Source of the DNA: an uncultured Candidatus Saccharibacteria bacterium
GTDB taxonomy: Bacteria; Patescibacteriota; Minisyncoccia; UBA6257; 2-01-FULL-56-20
NCBI GenBank assembly: GCA_964505005.1
Contig: CAZDFQ010000001.1
Span: forward strand, 114,458-178,457
Length of the DNA stretch: 64,000 nucleotides
Direction of reading: 5' to 3'
The notes under the pieces were generated by a model. That model saw only the letters and a program-made list of their open reading frames with translations. It did not search any database and was not told the origin of the DNA. Positions 55,881 through 64,000 of this stretch are shown in pieces. Position 1 is the stretch's first letter, and each line of letters starts with the position of its first letter. Made by a program: the position numbers and the translations under genes.

Positions 55881-56984
55881 ATGGCTTTGGCGCTCTACCG
55901 CAAATATCGGCCGAAAAAACTCGACGAACTGTTAGGCCAGGAAACCAATGTCGAGATTCTCAAAAACGCTGCCAGCCAGAACCGGCTGGGTCAGGCCTAT
56001 CTTTTCTACGGTCCAAGAGGCACGGGTAAAACCACCACGGCCCGGCTGATTGCCAAACTGTTGAACTGCGAGCGCCGGCACCAAGACCCGGAATTCCAGA
56101 AACTCGGCGAACCCTGCAATGAATGCCGGAGTTGCAAAGAAATCGACTCTAATATTTCATTCGATGTCGTGGAAATCGACGCGGCTTCGAACCGCGGCAT
56201 TGACGAAATCCGGAATCTTAAAGAAAGCGTCAAAACCGCGCCGGTCGGCAGCCGATTCAAGGTCTACATCATTGACGAAGCCCATATGCTGACTGGTCCG
56301 GCTTTTAATGCGCTTTTAAAAACCCTGGAAGAGCCGCCAGCGCATGCCATTTTCGTGCTGGCGACCACGGAATACGAAAAAATGCCGGCCACGATTACTT
56401 CGCGCGCTCAGCGCTTTCTTTTTAGAAAACTTCCCAAAGCAAAGATTCTTGAAAAACTCACTGGTATCGCCAAGGCGGAAAAAATTGACATTGAACCAGC
56501 GGCCTTAGAGTTGGTGGCGGCCGCGGCTGAAGGCAGTTTCCGCGACGCCGAATCGCTGCTTGACCAAATCAGCTCGTTCCATTCCAAAATCGATTTGCCA
56601 ACCGCCGAACGACTGACTGGCCGGACTGGTTTCAAAAAAATCGAGGAACTGGCCGAACTTATCGTCAAAAACAATCTCCAGGGCTCGCTCGACTATCTTT
56701 TACAAATCAACGAAGAGGGGCACAACCTCATCCAGCTGACCAAAGACCTGATTCATTATTTAAGAAAGATTCTCTCGCTTAAACTTAATCCAAATCTGGA
56801 AAAAATTTTTGAACTGGAGCTGACCTCGGACGAAATTCTCCGTCTAAAAAAAATGACGCTTCACGCTGAGCCGGCAAAAATAATCAAACTGCTCAAGGCC
56901 TTCATCCGCGCTTATTCAGAAATGCGCTACAGTCCGTTTTTGACAATCCCCTTGGAGATTGCCTTAATAGAAAATCTGTCTTGA
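55881..56984 (+). CDS. dnaX: DNA polymerase III gamma/tau subunit (short form, domains I-III only).
   Basis: Walker A GPRGTGKTT, zinc module CNECRSCKEI, SRC motif region; 367 aa. Confidence 0.75.
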   Translation: MALALYRKYRPKKLDELLGQETNVEILKNAASQNRLGQAYLFYGPRGTGKTTTARLIAKLLNCERRHQDPEFQKLGEPCNECRSCKEIDSNISFDVVEIDAASNRGIDEIRNLKESVKTAPVGSRFKVYIIDEAHMLTGPAFNALLKTLEEPPAHAIFVLATTEYEKMPATITSRAQRFLFRKLPKAKILEKLTGIAKAEKIDIEPAALELVAAAAEGSFRDAESLLDQISSFHSKIDLPTAERLTGRTGFKKIEELAELIVKNNLQGSLDYLLQINEEGHNLIQLTKDLIHYLRKILSLKLNPNLEKIFELELTSDEILRLKKMTLHAEPAKIIKLLKAFIRAYSEMRYSPFLTIPLEIALIENLS

Positions 56985-56993
56985 ACGAAGCTA

Positions 56994-58505
56994 TTACCAC
57001 TGACTCGCCGAGTTCTGCGGCGTGGGCGCGGCCGAAATATGAAAAGAATTGCTGCTCCAAGAATCGCGGACATAGCTTTCATCTTTGGGAATCTCGTTCC
57101 AGCTAACTTCATCGGTTTTGACGCCGCCTGAATCATAAAGAATAACGGCGTTTTGGGTGTAAGCCAGGGTGTAGGATTTGGGCCATAAAACATCGGGAGT
57201 CAGCGGCAGTGTAGCGCTGGCATTGGCTGCCAAAAAGTAGTGGTTTGGCAGGATTTTCAAACCCTCCAACCGCGAAGCGGCGACCAAAATTGATTCTGAG
57301 CCGGTCGAGCTTCGTTTTTTGATGGACCAGCCAGTTAAATCAATCGCCTGGCTGCCGGCATTATAAAGTTCCACAAATTCGTCATAAGAACTAACGTTGC
57401 TGCCAGCCATTATTTCGCTTATCAGAATGCGGCTGGCTAGAATCTGGCTGCCGCTGCTGACAGCCGAAGAATTTTGCGTTCCAGTAGCCGTCGTTGAGGC
57501 GGTGTTATTATCAATTGTTGAGGCCGGAATTTCTGACTGGGGCATCGACGTTACCGACCCTGAAATTTCAAATGCCATTGTATTTTCCGCTTTGGGCGTG
57601 CCGCCGGGGTTGGCACTCGTGTGCCAGCTCAAATCCAAGAAACTTCGTTCCATTGTCTTCTTGGCAGAGTTATCGCCGGCCGGCCATTTTTTGGAAGCAT
57701 CTATTTCGTCAGCTAGTTCGCATTCCGGCGAAAAAATTTTCAGCCGGACACCGCTGTTCGCCAGGGCGCCGCTATAAATTTTATCTGCCGGAACATTCGG
57801 CGCCGAATTGTCGTCGCTTCTTTCCAAAAGAAAAAGTCCGCCGGCTTTCAAATAATCTTTTTCTTCAAAAATAATTTTTATATTTTCATCGCTTGATAAA
57901 ATATGCCAGCTGGCCAAACTCAAATCGCGGCCGGAATTATTTTTCAGTTCCAGCCATTCATCGCCGCTGTTTTCTTTACTGCCCATCCAAGCGAGCTCGC
58001 TGAACAAAATTTTGTGGCTAGGAGATTGGACAACTGAAAAATTGCAAGCGACCGATGACGATTTTTTATTTTCCGAATTTTCGGAAATAGTCGTTTCTGG
58101 AACCGAGGCGCTTGAAGAAGAACTATTTTTATTGACGCTCGATTTAGTATCAGAATTTTCTGAAAATGAATTTAGGTTATTAGATTTTCCGGCAACCGAT
58201 TTCCCAAGAGCTCTTGTTGACAAAAATTTGTTTTCTCCAACAGAAACAGAACTACTTGCTTCCCTATTTTCTCCCAAATCAATTTCCATCGCCGGTTTAT
58301 TCTCCCCGGCTGAAAATATCTCCTTGAATGTTCCGGAAACAAGTCCGGCGGTCCGCTGAAAAAAATTTTGCGAACTATCAGCCGAAGAAAATTTCCACGA
58401 AACAAAGGCGATGGAAACGATAAACAATCCTCCCAAAATAACGACCAGGGCCAAAGCCGAAACCCCGGCCCGCCGAAAATTACTTTTTTCTGCCAGTTCC
58501 GGCAT
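56994..58505 (-). CDS. Secreted or membrane-anchored protein with two lamin-tail domains (LTD).
   Basis: N-terminal TM helix, then a Ser/Asn-rich linker. Two LTD-like motifs are present: LFSELAWMG...DEWLELKNNSGRDLSLASW and ILISEIMAG...DEFVELYNAGSQAIDLTGW. Confidence 0.6.
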   Translation of the reverse strand: MPELAEKSNFRRAGVSALALVVILGGLFIVSIAFVSWKFSSADSSQNFFQRTAGLVSGTFKEIFSAGENKPAMEIDLGENREASSSVSVGENKFLSTRALGKSVAGKSNNLNSFSENSDTKSSVNKNSSSSSASVPETTISENSENKKSSSVACNFSVVQSPSHKILFSELAWMGSKENSGDEWLELKNNSGRDLSLASWHILSSDENIKIIFEEKDYLKAGGLFLLERSDDNSAPNVPADKIYSGALANSGVRLKIFSPECELADEIDASKKWPAGDNSAKKTMERSFLDLSWHTSANPGGTPKAENTMAFEISGSVTSMPQSEIPASTIDNNTASTTATGTQNSSAVSSGSQILASRILISEIMAGSNVSSYDEFVELYNAGSQAIDLTGWSIKKRSSTGSESILVAASRLEGLKILPNHYFLAANASATLPLTPDVLWPKSYTLAYTQNAVILYDSGGVKTDEVSWNEIPKDESYVRDSWSSNSFHISAAPTPQNSASQW

Positions 58506-58559
58506 AAATTTAAGAAATTTCCCCTAAAATTAACCGCCGAAAAACTTTTATCTATTTTA

Positions 58560-58740
58560 CAATCGGCAGCGAGGCAACACAAGAATAAGTAAATTCTTGC
58601 GATTGCCGAGCGAACCGATTGATGAAACGAAGTTTCATTCAATCGGCAGCGAGAAGAAAGCAAATGAGAATATATTTGTTTTTGACGAGCCCTGCCTGCC
58701 GGCGGACAGGGAGCCGATTGATGAAGTTAAAGTTTCATGA
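58560..58740. repeat. Two tandem family A copies (one of each core type) in reverse orientation.
   Basis: AATCGGCAGCGAGGCAACACAAGAAT...CGAGCGAACCGATTGATGAAACGAAG is followed by AATCGGCAGCGAGAAGAAAG...CCTGCCTGCCGGCGGACAGGGAGCCGATTGATGAAG. Confidence 0.7.
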
Positions 58741-58818
58741 GATAGCCCCCGATTTTCTCAAAAACCTCGAAGTCGCCATTGCCGAGCAACTTATCTCCGG
58801 CACATCTTACCCGCTTTA

Positions 58819-58857
58819 CTATTACTAAATCACAATTGTGATTTAATAATAGTAATT
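58819..58857. promoter_or_regulatory. Family D element (core CACAATTGTG) in the divergent intergenic region between the LTD gene and nrdJ.
   Basis: CTATTACTAAATCACAATTGTGATTTAATAATAGTAATT. Confidence 0.35.
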
Positions 58858-59241
58858 TTGCCTCTGCTTCTATTTCTGTCTAGGTCTGTTTAGGCAAAAA
58901 AGACCAACGGTGGCTTTCCTTCTTCTAAAAATCTCCTCGGTCTCAGTTTCTTCCTTATTATAAGGCAGGGCTCAGACAAATTTTGCGACAAATCAGAACA
59001 AAAAATGACTTTAAAAGGCCTTGGAGCCAGCCGAAATGGGAAATTCGTTCTTTTTTCCAATAAAAATTTCGAAGAAGTCGATAAATTTCGACTTAATTCT
59101 TGGCAGCGGAGAAAAATTTTGCCAATTATCCAGAAAAATGTTTTTCTATGACTTTTTGGGGAAAAATCCCTCTTGATTTCGCTGAGCCGGAAAGTGGTAA
59201 AATGAAAGCCGAAAGGTTTAAAGAAAATTTCTCGCCTCGCC

Positions 59242-62200
59242 ATGAAAGAAACGAAAAAAAAATTTCAATCAACCGCCGCTCAGCCGAACCACCGCTGGTT
59301 AACTGAAGCTGAAATGGGAAAAGTCAACGCCTCATTTTCGGAAAACGCCCTGAAAATGATGAAAAAGCGCTATCTTCTGACTGATGACAGCGGTCGCCAA
59401 GAAACGCCGGCAGAAATGTTTCATCGCGTGGCCCAGGCTTTAGCCCAGGTTGAAAAAAAATACGGTCATGATGATAAGTTTGTCGACAAAACTGAAAAAG
59501 AATTTTTCGAAATTCTGTCAAAAAAAGAATACACCCCAGCCGGCCGAACTTTAACCAATGTCGGCGGACCAACGCCGCTCGTCGCCAACTGCATCGTTCT
59601 GCCGATAATGGACTCGATGGAGAGTATTTTTCAGACCCTGAAGGACGCGGCTCTTCTTCAGCAGGCTGGTTCGGGACTGGGTTTTGATTTTTCCCATTTG
59701 CGGCCGGCCATGTCGCCCACCAAAAAATCGCGCGGTGTTTCTTCGGGCCCGGTTTCCTTTTTGAAAGTTTATGACGCGGCTTTCGGAACCATCAAGCAGC
59801 AGGGGCGGCACGGCGCCAATATGGCGATGATGGATGTCCGGCATCTTGATATTCTGGATTTCATCCGCGCCAAAAAAATTGAGGGCGAAATAAGAAATTT
59901 CAACATCTCAGTCAAGCTCACCGACGAGTTTATGAAAAAACTACTCGAGAGTCCGGACGAAAAATGGCTCGGCGAATGGAACGGCCAGAAAATGAAACCT
60001 CACAAAGTTCTCCGCGCGCCGAACGGCTCGGTCTTCGCTGCCGAAGAAATCGACATCACGGTCAAAGAAATTTTTGACGAAATCGTCAATTACGCCTGGT
60101 TGAACGGCGAACCGGGAATCGTTTTCATCGACGAAGTCAATCGCACCAACCCTCTGCCCGGTCTCGGCCCCATCGACTGCTCCAATCCTTGTGTAATTGG
60201 CGAAACATTGGTGGCGACAGAAAGAGGATTCATCAAGATGGAGGAACTTGCAGAAAGTTATGTTTCAGGCGGAATTAAAATTTCAGTTGATAACCGCCTG
60301 CCGAAAGCAGTGAAAATTTCCTCGTTAAACAGGATCTCAATCAGTCAAGGAGGAACAATTCGCGAAACAATGCCGCTGATTGATTTCTCTCGATTAGGAA
60401 GCGCATCTGGAGAAATGCTCCGCGCTTTTCCAACCGGCATTAAACCAGTATATAAACTAACCACCAAATCCGGTTATGAACTGGAGGCCACTGCTGACCA
60501 TAAAATATTTACGCCCCGGGGGAAAGTGCCACTTCTCGAATTGAGAGCTGGCGATAAAGTTCTCATCCAATCAAATGAAGGGCTATGGAACAATGATTTT
60601 CAACTGCCTTTCGATTATCCGAATGTAATTGAAGGCAAAAACAGACATATTTACCACTACAATTTCCCGAAAACTTGGAGCAAAGAGTTGGGCCGAGTTC
60701 TCGGCTGGCTTATTGGCGACGGCTGGCTCAGAGACAAAAAGCGCGAATACGCGGTTGGTTTTACATTTTCCGAAGACGATAAGGAGGTGATGAGCGAATT
60801 TAGAGATATTTTGAACGATTGGTATAAAAACAGCGAGCGAAAAGAGATTAAAAGGAAAAATGACGTCTATCATCTGATATATGGTTCAAAGGACTTTGTG
60901 GAGTTTTTCAAAAAACTTGGCGTTAAACCAGTTTTGGCAGCAGAAAAAGAAGTGCCCGCCTCTTTGTGGCGAGCGCCGGCCGAGGCGGTCAGCGGATTTC
61001 TGCAAGGCATTTTCAGTGCCGATGGCACAATCAACATCTATGAAAAAAATCAGACGCGCTACATCCGCTTAACGTCAAAATCAGAGAAATTACTCAAACA
61101 AATTCAAATTCTTCTTATCAACTTCGGCATTCGCTCAACGATTTATAACAGAACAAGAAAACCGCGGCTGGCTTTCGGTTATAAAAACGACGGTATTTTA
61201 TATGAGCTGGAAATTTCCCGCGATAACATACCTATTTTTCTGAGTAAAATCGGTTTCCTTGGAACGCATTACAAAGTTAAAGCCAAAACGCTTAAAGAAA
61301 AATCGTATTACCGAGAATATTTTGAAGACAAAATAGAAAAAATTAAATATATCGGTAAAAAGAGGGTTTACGATTTGACTGAAGCAACCACGCATTCATT
61401 TATCGCTAACGGCATCATCATCTCAAATTGCGGCGAACAATTTTTGCATCACTACGACAACTGCAACCTTGGCTCCATCAATTTAGCGGCTTTCGTTAAA
61501 GACGGTCGCGTGGACTGGGGCCAGCTGCGCCGCGTAACGAGAATCGCCGCACGGCTGATGGACAACGTTATTGACATTTTTGATTTTCCGATTCAGCAGG
61601 TCACTGACCTCGCGAGAAAAAACCGGCGCATCGGCCTCGGCATTATGGGTTTTGCCGATATGCTTTATCAGCTGGGTATTGCCTACAACTCCCCGGAAGG
61701 GCAGAAGTTGGCCGAAAAAACAATGAGAACCATTACGGAAACAGCCCACCAGATGTCCCAGGAACTCGCCAAAGAAAAAGGCGCTTTCCCGAATTTACCT
61801 TTGAGCGTTTTTGCCAAGAAAAAAATTAAAATGCGCAATGCGGCCCTGACCACCGTGGCGCCAACCGGTTCAATCTCGATGATGCTTGATTGTTCCTCGG
61901 GCGTGGAGCCGAATTTCGCCCTCTCTTATGTCAAGCAGGACAAAGACGGCCACCAGTATCACTATTTCAACCGCTATTTCGAACAAGCGCTCAAAAAATA
62001 CCAATTCAGCGAAGCTAAAATAAAAGAAATCAAAGATGAAATAATCAAGACCGGCAGCATCCAACGCCTGACCGACCTAGCCGAAGAACTGCGGCGAACC
62101 TTCGTGGTGGCTATGGATATTTCGGCCGAAGACCACATCAAGATGCAGGCCAGTTTCCAGCGTTATGTGGACAATTCCATTTCCAAAACCATCAACTTTC

Positions 62201-62967
62201 CCAATTCCGCAACCAAAGAAGATGTGTTCACGGGTTTTGTGCTGGCTTGGAAAATGAAGTGCAAGGCCTGCACTGTTTACCGCGATGCGAGCCGCGAAGT
62301 GCAGATTTTGAACCTCGGCACCGGCGAAAACATCAAGGCGCCGACCGAACTCGGGGCTAAAAAATCCGCCGAGGCGCCGCTTCAGATTCCGGCTGACAAG
62401 AACCGCCTGGAAGCCCGGCAGCGGCCCGAAGTGCTGACCGGCAAAACCTACCGGATGAAAACCGGCTACGGCAATCTTTATGTGACCATCAATAACGACG
62501 AGAAAGGAGTGCCGTTCGAGGTCTTCGCGGTTATTGGTAAGAGTGGCGGATTTTTCCAAGAGCAAAGCGAAGGCATCTGCCGACTGATTTCGCTTTCTCT
62601 CCGGACCGGCGTAAAAATCGAAGAAATCATCGACAACTTAAAAGGCATCCGCGGACCTATGCCGACCATCACCGACAAAGGCACGATTCTCTCCCTGCCG
62701 GATGCCATCGGTCAAATCCTGGAAGAGCATGCGCGGACCAACGGCGGCCACAATCCCCTTCTTCAGGAGCATTCGCCCACTGAGCCGATGATGCTTCAAG
62801 AAAAAGAACCGGCCAATGTCGCGGCTTTGCCCCAGAGCTACGAGGCCTCCAAAAAATCGCTAGCTGATTACGGATTTATGCCCGGCTGTCCGGACTGCGG
62901 CGCACCGCTGATTATGAGCGAGGGTTGTCTAAGCTGCCGCAGCTGCGGATTTACAAGATGCTTCTAA
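59242..62967 (+). CDS. nrdJ: Class II (adenosylcobalamin-dependent) ribonucleotide reductase NrdJ, interrupted by an intein and ending in a C-terminal zinc ribbon.
   Basis: Exteins splice to ...SNP|CGEQ... (the NPCGEQ catalytic motif). RNR ten-strand barrel motifs; C-terminal CPDCGAPL...CLSCRSC. 1241 aa including a 413-aa intein. Confidence 0.8.
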   Translation: MKETKKKFQSTAAQPNHRWLTEAEMGKVNASFSENALKMMKKRYLLTDDSGRQETPAEMFHRVAQALAQVEKKYGHDDKFVDKTEKEFFEILSKKEYTPAGRTLTNVGGPTPLVANCIVLPIMDSMESIFQTLKDAALLQQAGSGLGFDFSHLRPAMSPTKKSRGVSSGPVSFLKVYDAAFGTIKQQGRHGANMAMMDVRHLDILDFIRAKKIEGEIRNFNISVKLTDEFMKKLLESPDEKWLGEWNGQKMKPHKVLRAPNGSVFAAEEIDITVKEIFDEIVNYAWLNGEPGIVFIDEVNRTNPLPGLGPIDCSNPCVIGETLVATERGFIKMEELAESYVSGGIKISVDNRLPKAVKISSLNRISISQGGTIRETMPLIDFSRLGSASGEMLRAFPTGIKPVYKLTTKSGYELEATADHKIFTPRGKVPLLELRAGDKVLIQSNEGLWNNDFQLPFDYPNVIEGKNRHIYHYNFPKTWSKELGRVLGWLIGDGWLRDKKREYAVGFTFSEDDKEVMSEFRDILNDWYKNSERKEIKRKNDVYHLIYGSKDFVEFFKKLGVKPVLAAEKEVPASLWRAPAEAVSGFLQGIFSADGTINIYEKNQTRYIRLTSKSEKLLKQIQILLINFGIRSTIYNRTRKPRLAFGYKNDGILYELEISRDNIPIFLSKIGFLGTHYKVKAKTLKEKSYYREYFEDKIEKIKYIGKKRVYDLTEATTHSFIANGIIISNCGEQFLHHYDNCNLGSINLAAFVKDGRVDWGQLRRVTRIAARLMDNVIDIFDFPIQQVTDLARKNRRIGLGIMGFADMLYQLGIAYNSPEGQKLAEKTMRTITETAHQMSQELAKEKGAFPNLPLSVFAKKKIKMRNAALTTVAPTGSISMMLDCSSGVEPNFALSYVKQDKDGHQYHYFNRYFEQALKKYQFSEAKIKEIKDEIIKTGSIQRLTDLAEELRRTFVVAMDISAEDHIKMQASFQRYVDNSISKTINFPNSATKEDVFTGFVLAWKMKCKACTVYRDASREVQILNLGTGENIKAPTELGAKKSAEAPLQIPADKNRLEARQRPEVLTGKTYRMKTGYGNLYVTINNDEKGVPFEVFAVIGKSGGFFQEQSEGICRLISLSLRTGVKIEEIIDNLKGIRGPMPTITDKGTILSLPDAIGQILEEHARTNGGHNPLLQEHSPTEPMMLQEKEPANVAALPQSYEASKKSLADYGFMPGCPDCGAPLIMSEGCLSCRSCGFTRCF
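60190..61428 (+). mobile_element. Intein (413 aa) with a LAGLIDADG homing-endonuclease domain, inserted at the catalytic Cys of the NPCGEQ motif of NrdJ.
   Basis: It starts CVIGETLVAT and ends ...GIIISN, followed by Cys. Endonuclease motifs are LGWLIGDGWL and LQGIFSADGTI. The frame is continuous with the exteins. Confidence 0.75.
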
Positions 62968-62977
62968 TCTGCTGAAC

Positions 62978-63077
62978 AAATCTCAAAATTCTAATCTCTA
63001 ATTTCTAAACAATATCAAATTCATAATTTCAAATTTCAAAAATTGTTTAGAGATTAGGATTTAGAGATTAGAAATTT
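62978..63077. repeat. Imperfect inverted repeat built from CTAATCTCTAA(A)TTTCTAAACAAT arms, 3' of nrdJ. Related segments lie at 49741-49770, 49835-49860 and 55845-55878.
   Basis: Left arm CTAATCTCTAATTTCTAAACAAT and right arm ATTGTTTAGAGATTAGGATTTAGAGATTAG. Confidence 0.5.
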
Positions 63078-63095
63078 CCGATAATGCCCCAGGAT

Positions 63096-63122
63096 GAAAA
63101 ATCCGCCCCAGGCGGATTTTTC
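63096..63122. terminator. Terminator hairpin downstream of nrdJ (AAAAATCCGCC-CCAG-GGCGGATTTTT).
   Basis: Perfect stem flanked by an A-run and a T-run; could act bidirectionally. Confidence 0.6.
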
Positions 63123-63151
63123 ATTTACCGGAACTTGGCGAGGGAGTTTGA

Positions 63152-63259
63152 CCCCGCACCTTTTCCAGAAACAATTTTGCTTTTACACGATTTAAAGACG
63201 GAGTCGCCTATCGGCTCTGAAAATGCCTAGGCACTATCTCTGCTAGAAAAGGTGCGGGG
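63152..63259. ncRNA. Candidate structured RNA (~108 nt) closed by a 14-bp perfect helix (CCCCGCACCTTTTC / GAAAAGGTGCGGGG), between the nrdJ terminator and tRNA-Asn. Its identity and strand are unknown.
   Basis: A long perfect closing stem encloses a ~80-nt interior containing the smaller palindrome TGCCTAGGCA. It lies in a non-coding gap next to a tRNA. Confidence 0.3.
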
Positions 63260-63296
63260 TTTGAAAAATTTTGTGGAGTTGGTAAAATTTCCGTAT

Positions 63297-63371
63297 TCCG
63301 GCGTAGCACAACGGTAGTGCGGCTCCCTGTTAAGGAGAGGGTTGTAGGTTCGAATCCTACCGCCGGAGCCA
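63297..63371 (+). tRNA. tRNA-Asn (anticodon GTT), CCA-encoded.
   Basis: Acceptor stem TCCGGCG/CGCCGGA, D-arm TAGCACAACGGTAGTGC, anticodon loop CTGTTAA, T-arm GGTTCGAATCC, 3' GCCA. Confidence 0.8.
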
Positions 63372-63748
63372 TAAAGCTAGATACGAGCTCTGAATTTTGA
63401 GATGAAAGTGTTCGCTCGCGGGCAAAAAATGGAGGGGTTTTAGGGAGAGGAAACGCCTTGCCCGCGAGCGTAGTCCCGCCGCCCGCGCGTAGCGCTGAAC
63501 CGAGCAGAAAAATTGTTTTTTCCTTTTAGAAGAATTTTTTGGTGGCGCGCGCAAAGAAAAAATGTAAAGATAATTTTTCTGCGAGGCTGGCCGCGGTTCA
63601 ACGGAGGTTTCGCTCTTGCCCGTCCGTAGCTTTAGCGAAGGCGGGTTTTGGATCTGTGTATCAGGTTTGGTAAAATAATTTTAAAAGCATGCCCCGTAGG
63701 GAATTTATTCTCCTTCAGGGTTTAGGCGGAAATTAAATCGGGAGTCAA

Positions 63749-64000
63749 ATGACAAAAAGAGTACTCATTGCTGTTATCGTACTCTTCCTCGCCACCGCGA
63801 GCGGCTATTTCTATTGGCGCCTGACGCGCCCGGAGCCGGTCGCCTGCACGCTCGACGCCAAACAGTGCCCCGACGGCTCTTGGGTCGGCCGCGTAGTGCC
63901 CAAGTGCGAATTCGCCGTCTGCCCGGCTCCGGATATGGACATCTCAAGCTGGAAGTCAAAAACGACCGCCGAGGGCGTGAGCTTCCGCTATCCGGAAAAG
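63749..64000 (+). CDS. Partial CDS (5' end only; continues beyond the window) encoding an N-terminally membrane-anchored, Cys-containing protein in high-GC DNA.
   Basis: RBS GGGAG 5 nt upstream of the ATG. The 84 codons to the window edge contain no stop. A hydrophobic N-terminus (VLIAVIVLFLATASGYFYW) follows. GC-rich third positions contrast with the rest of the window. Confidence 0.5.
   Translation, partial: MTKRVLIAVIVLFLATASGYFYWRLTRPEPVACTLDAKQCPDGSWVGRVVPKCEFAVCPAPDMDISSWKSKTTAEGVSFRYPEK

Noticed and set aside
59000-59241. Possible cobalamin riboswitch or NrdR box upstream of nrdJ.
   Set aside because: I looked for the B12 box (GCCACTG-like) and for NrdR-box palindromes (ACACWATATATWGTGT-like). 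Only a weak GTCGATAAATTTCGAC dyad and a GGGAA are present, which is not enough to call.
63152-63259. Assignment of the structured RNA candidate to SRP (4.5S) RNA.
   Set aside because: I could not find the conserved domain IV motifs (GGAA/AGCAG symmetric-loop context, GNRA apical loop) convincingly. It is kept only as an unassigned candidate.
63774-63959. Minus-strand 61-aa ORF from the track.
   Set aside because: It lies antisense inside a better-supported plus-strand partial CDS (63749 onward) that has an RBS and a membrane-anchor N-terminus. The Arg-rich translation is typical of spurious GC-rich antisense frames.

Overview
This 64 kb window reads as a gene-dense segment of a small bacterial genome, with mostly minus-strand genes and heterogeneous GC content. 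My inference is an uncultivated, possibly CPR/Patescibacteria-like organism, based on the Zwf-Gnd fusion, lamin-tail-domain proteins, an intein in NrdJ, a short DnaX and many dispersed palindromic repeats. Recognisable housekeeping genes are a fused zwf-gnd, gdhA, pgk, cysS, proS, rplU, guaA, dnaX, scpAB, the mreBCD-mrdA cell-shape operon, ddl, a murF-like gene, mraY, a dacA-like gene, and a class II RNR (nrdJ) carrying a LAGLIDADG intein at the catalytic NPCGEQ cysteine. One tRNA-Asn(GTT) sits at the right edge and is followed by DNA of sharply higher GC. The most novel content is a family of about 600-aa cysteine-rich paralogous proteins: three in tandem, a degraded N-terminal fragment of a further copy, and another full copy 24 kb away. 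They have matching zinc-ribbon-like motifs at both termini and internal Cys-rich repeats, and I cannot assign them to any known family. Accessory islands include an AT-rich restriction-modification island with an HTH regulator flanked by direct repeats, a NYN-nuclease gene broken by a single in-frame TAG, and an AT-rich two-gene island encoding a nucleotidyltransferase-like protein plus a PLP decarboxylase. There are at least six dispersed repeat or palindrome families. Several are inserted in-frame inside coding regions of the FAD-oxidase, GT39, acyP and scpB genes. All coordinates and starts are approximate (longest ORFs; several track starts are TTG). No similarity searches were possible.
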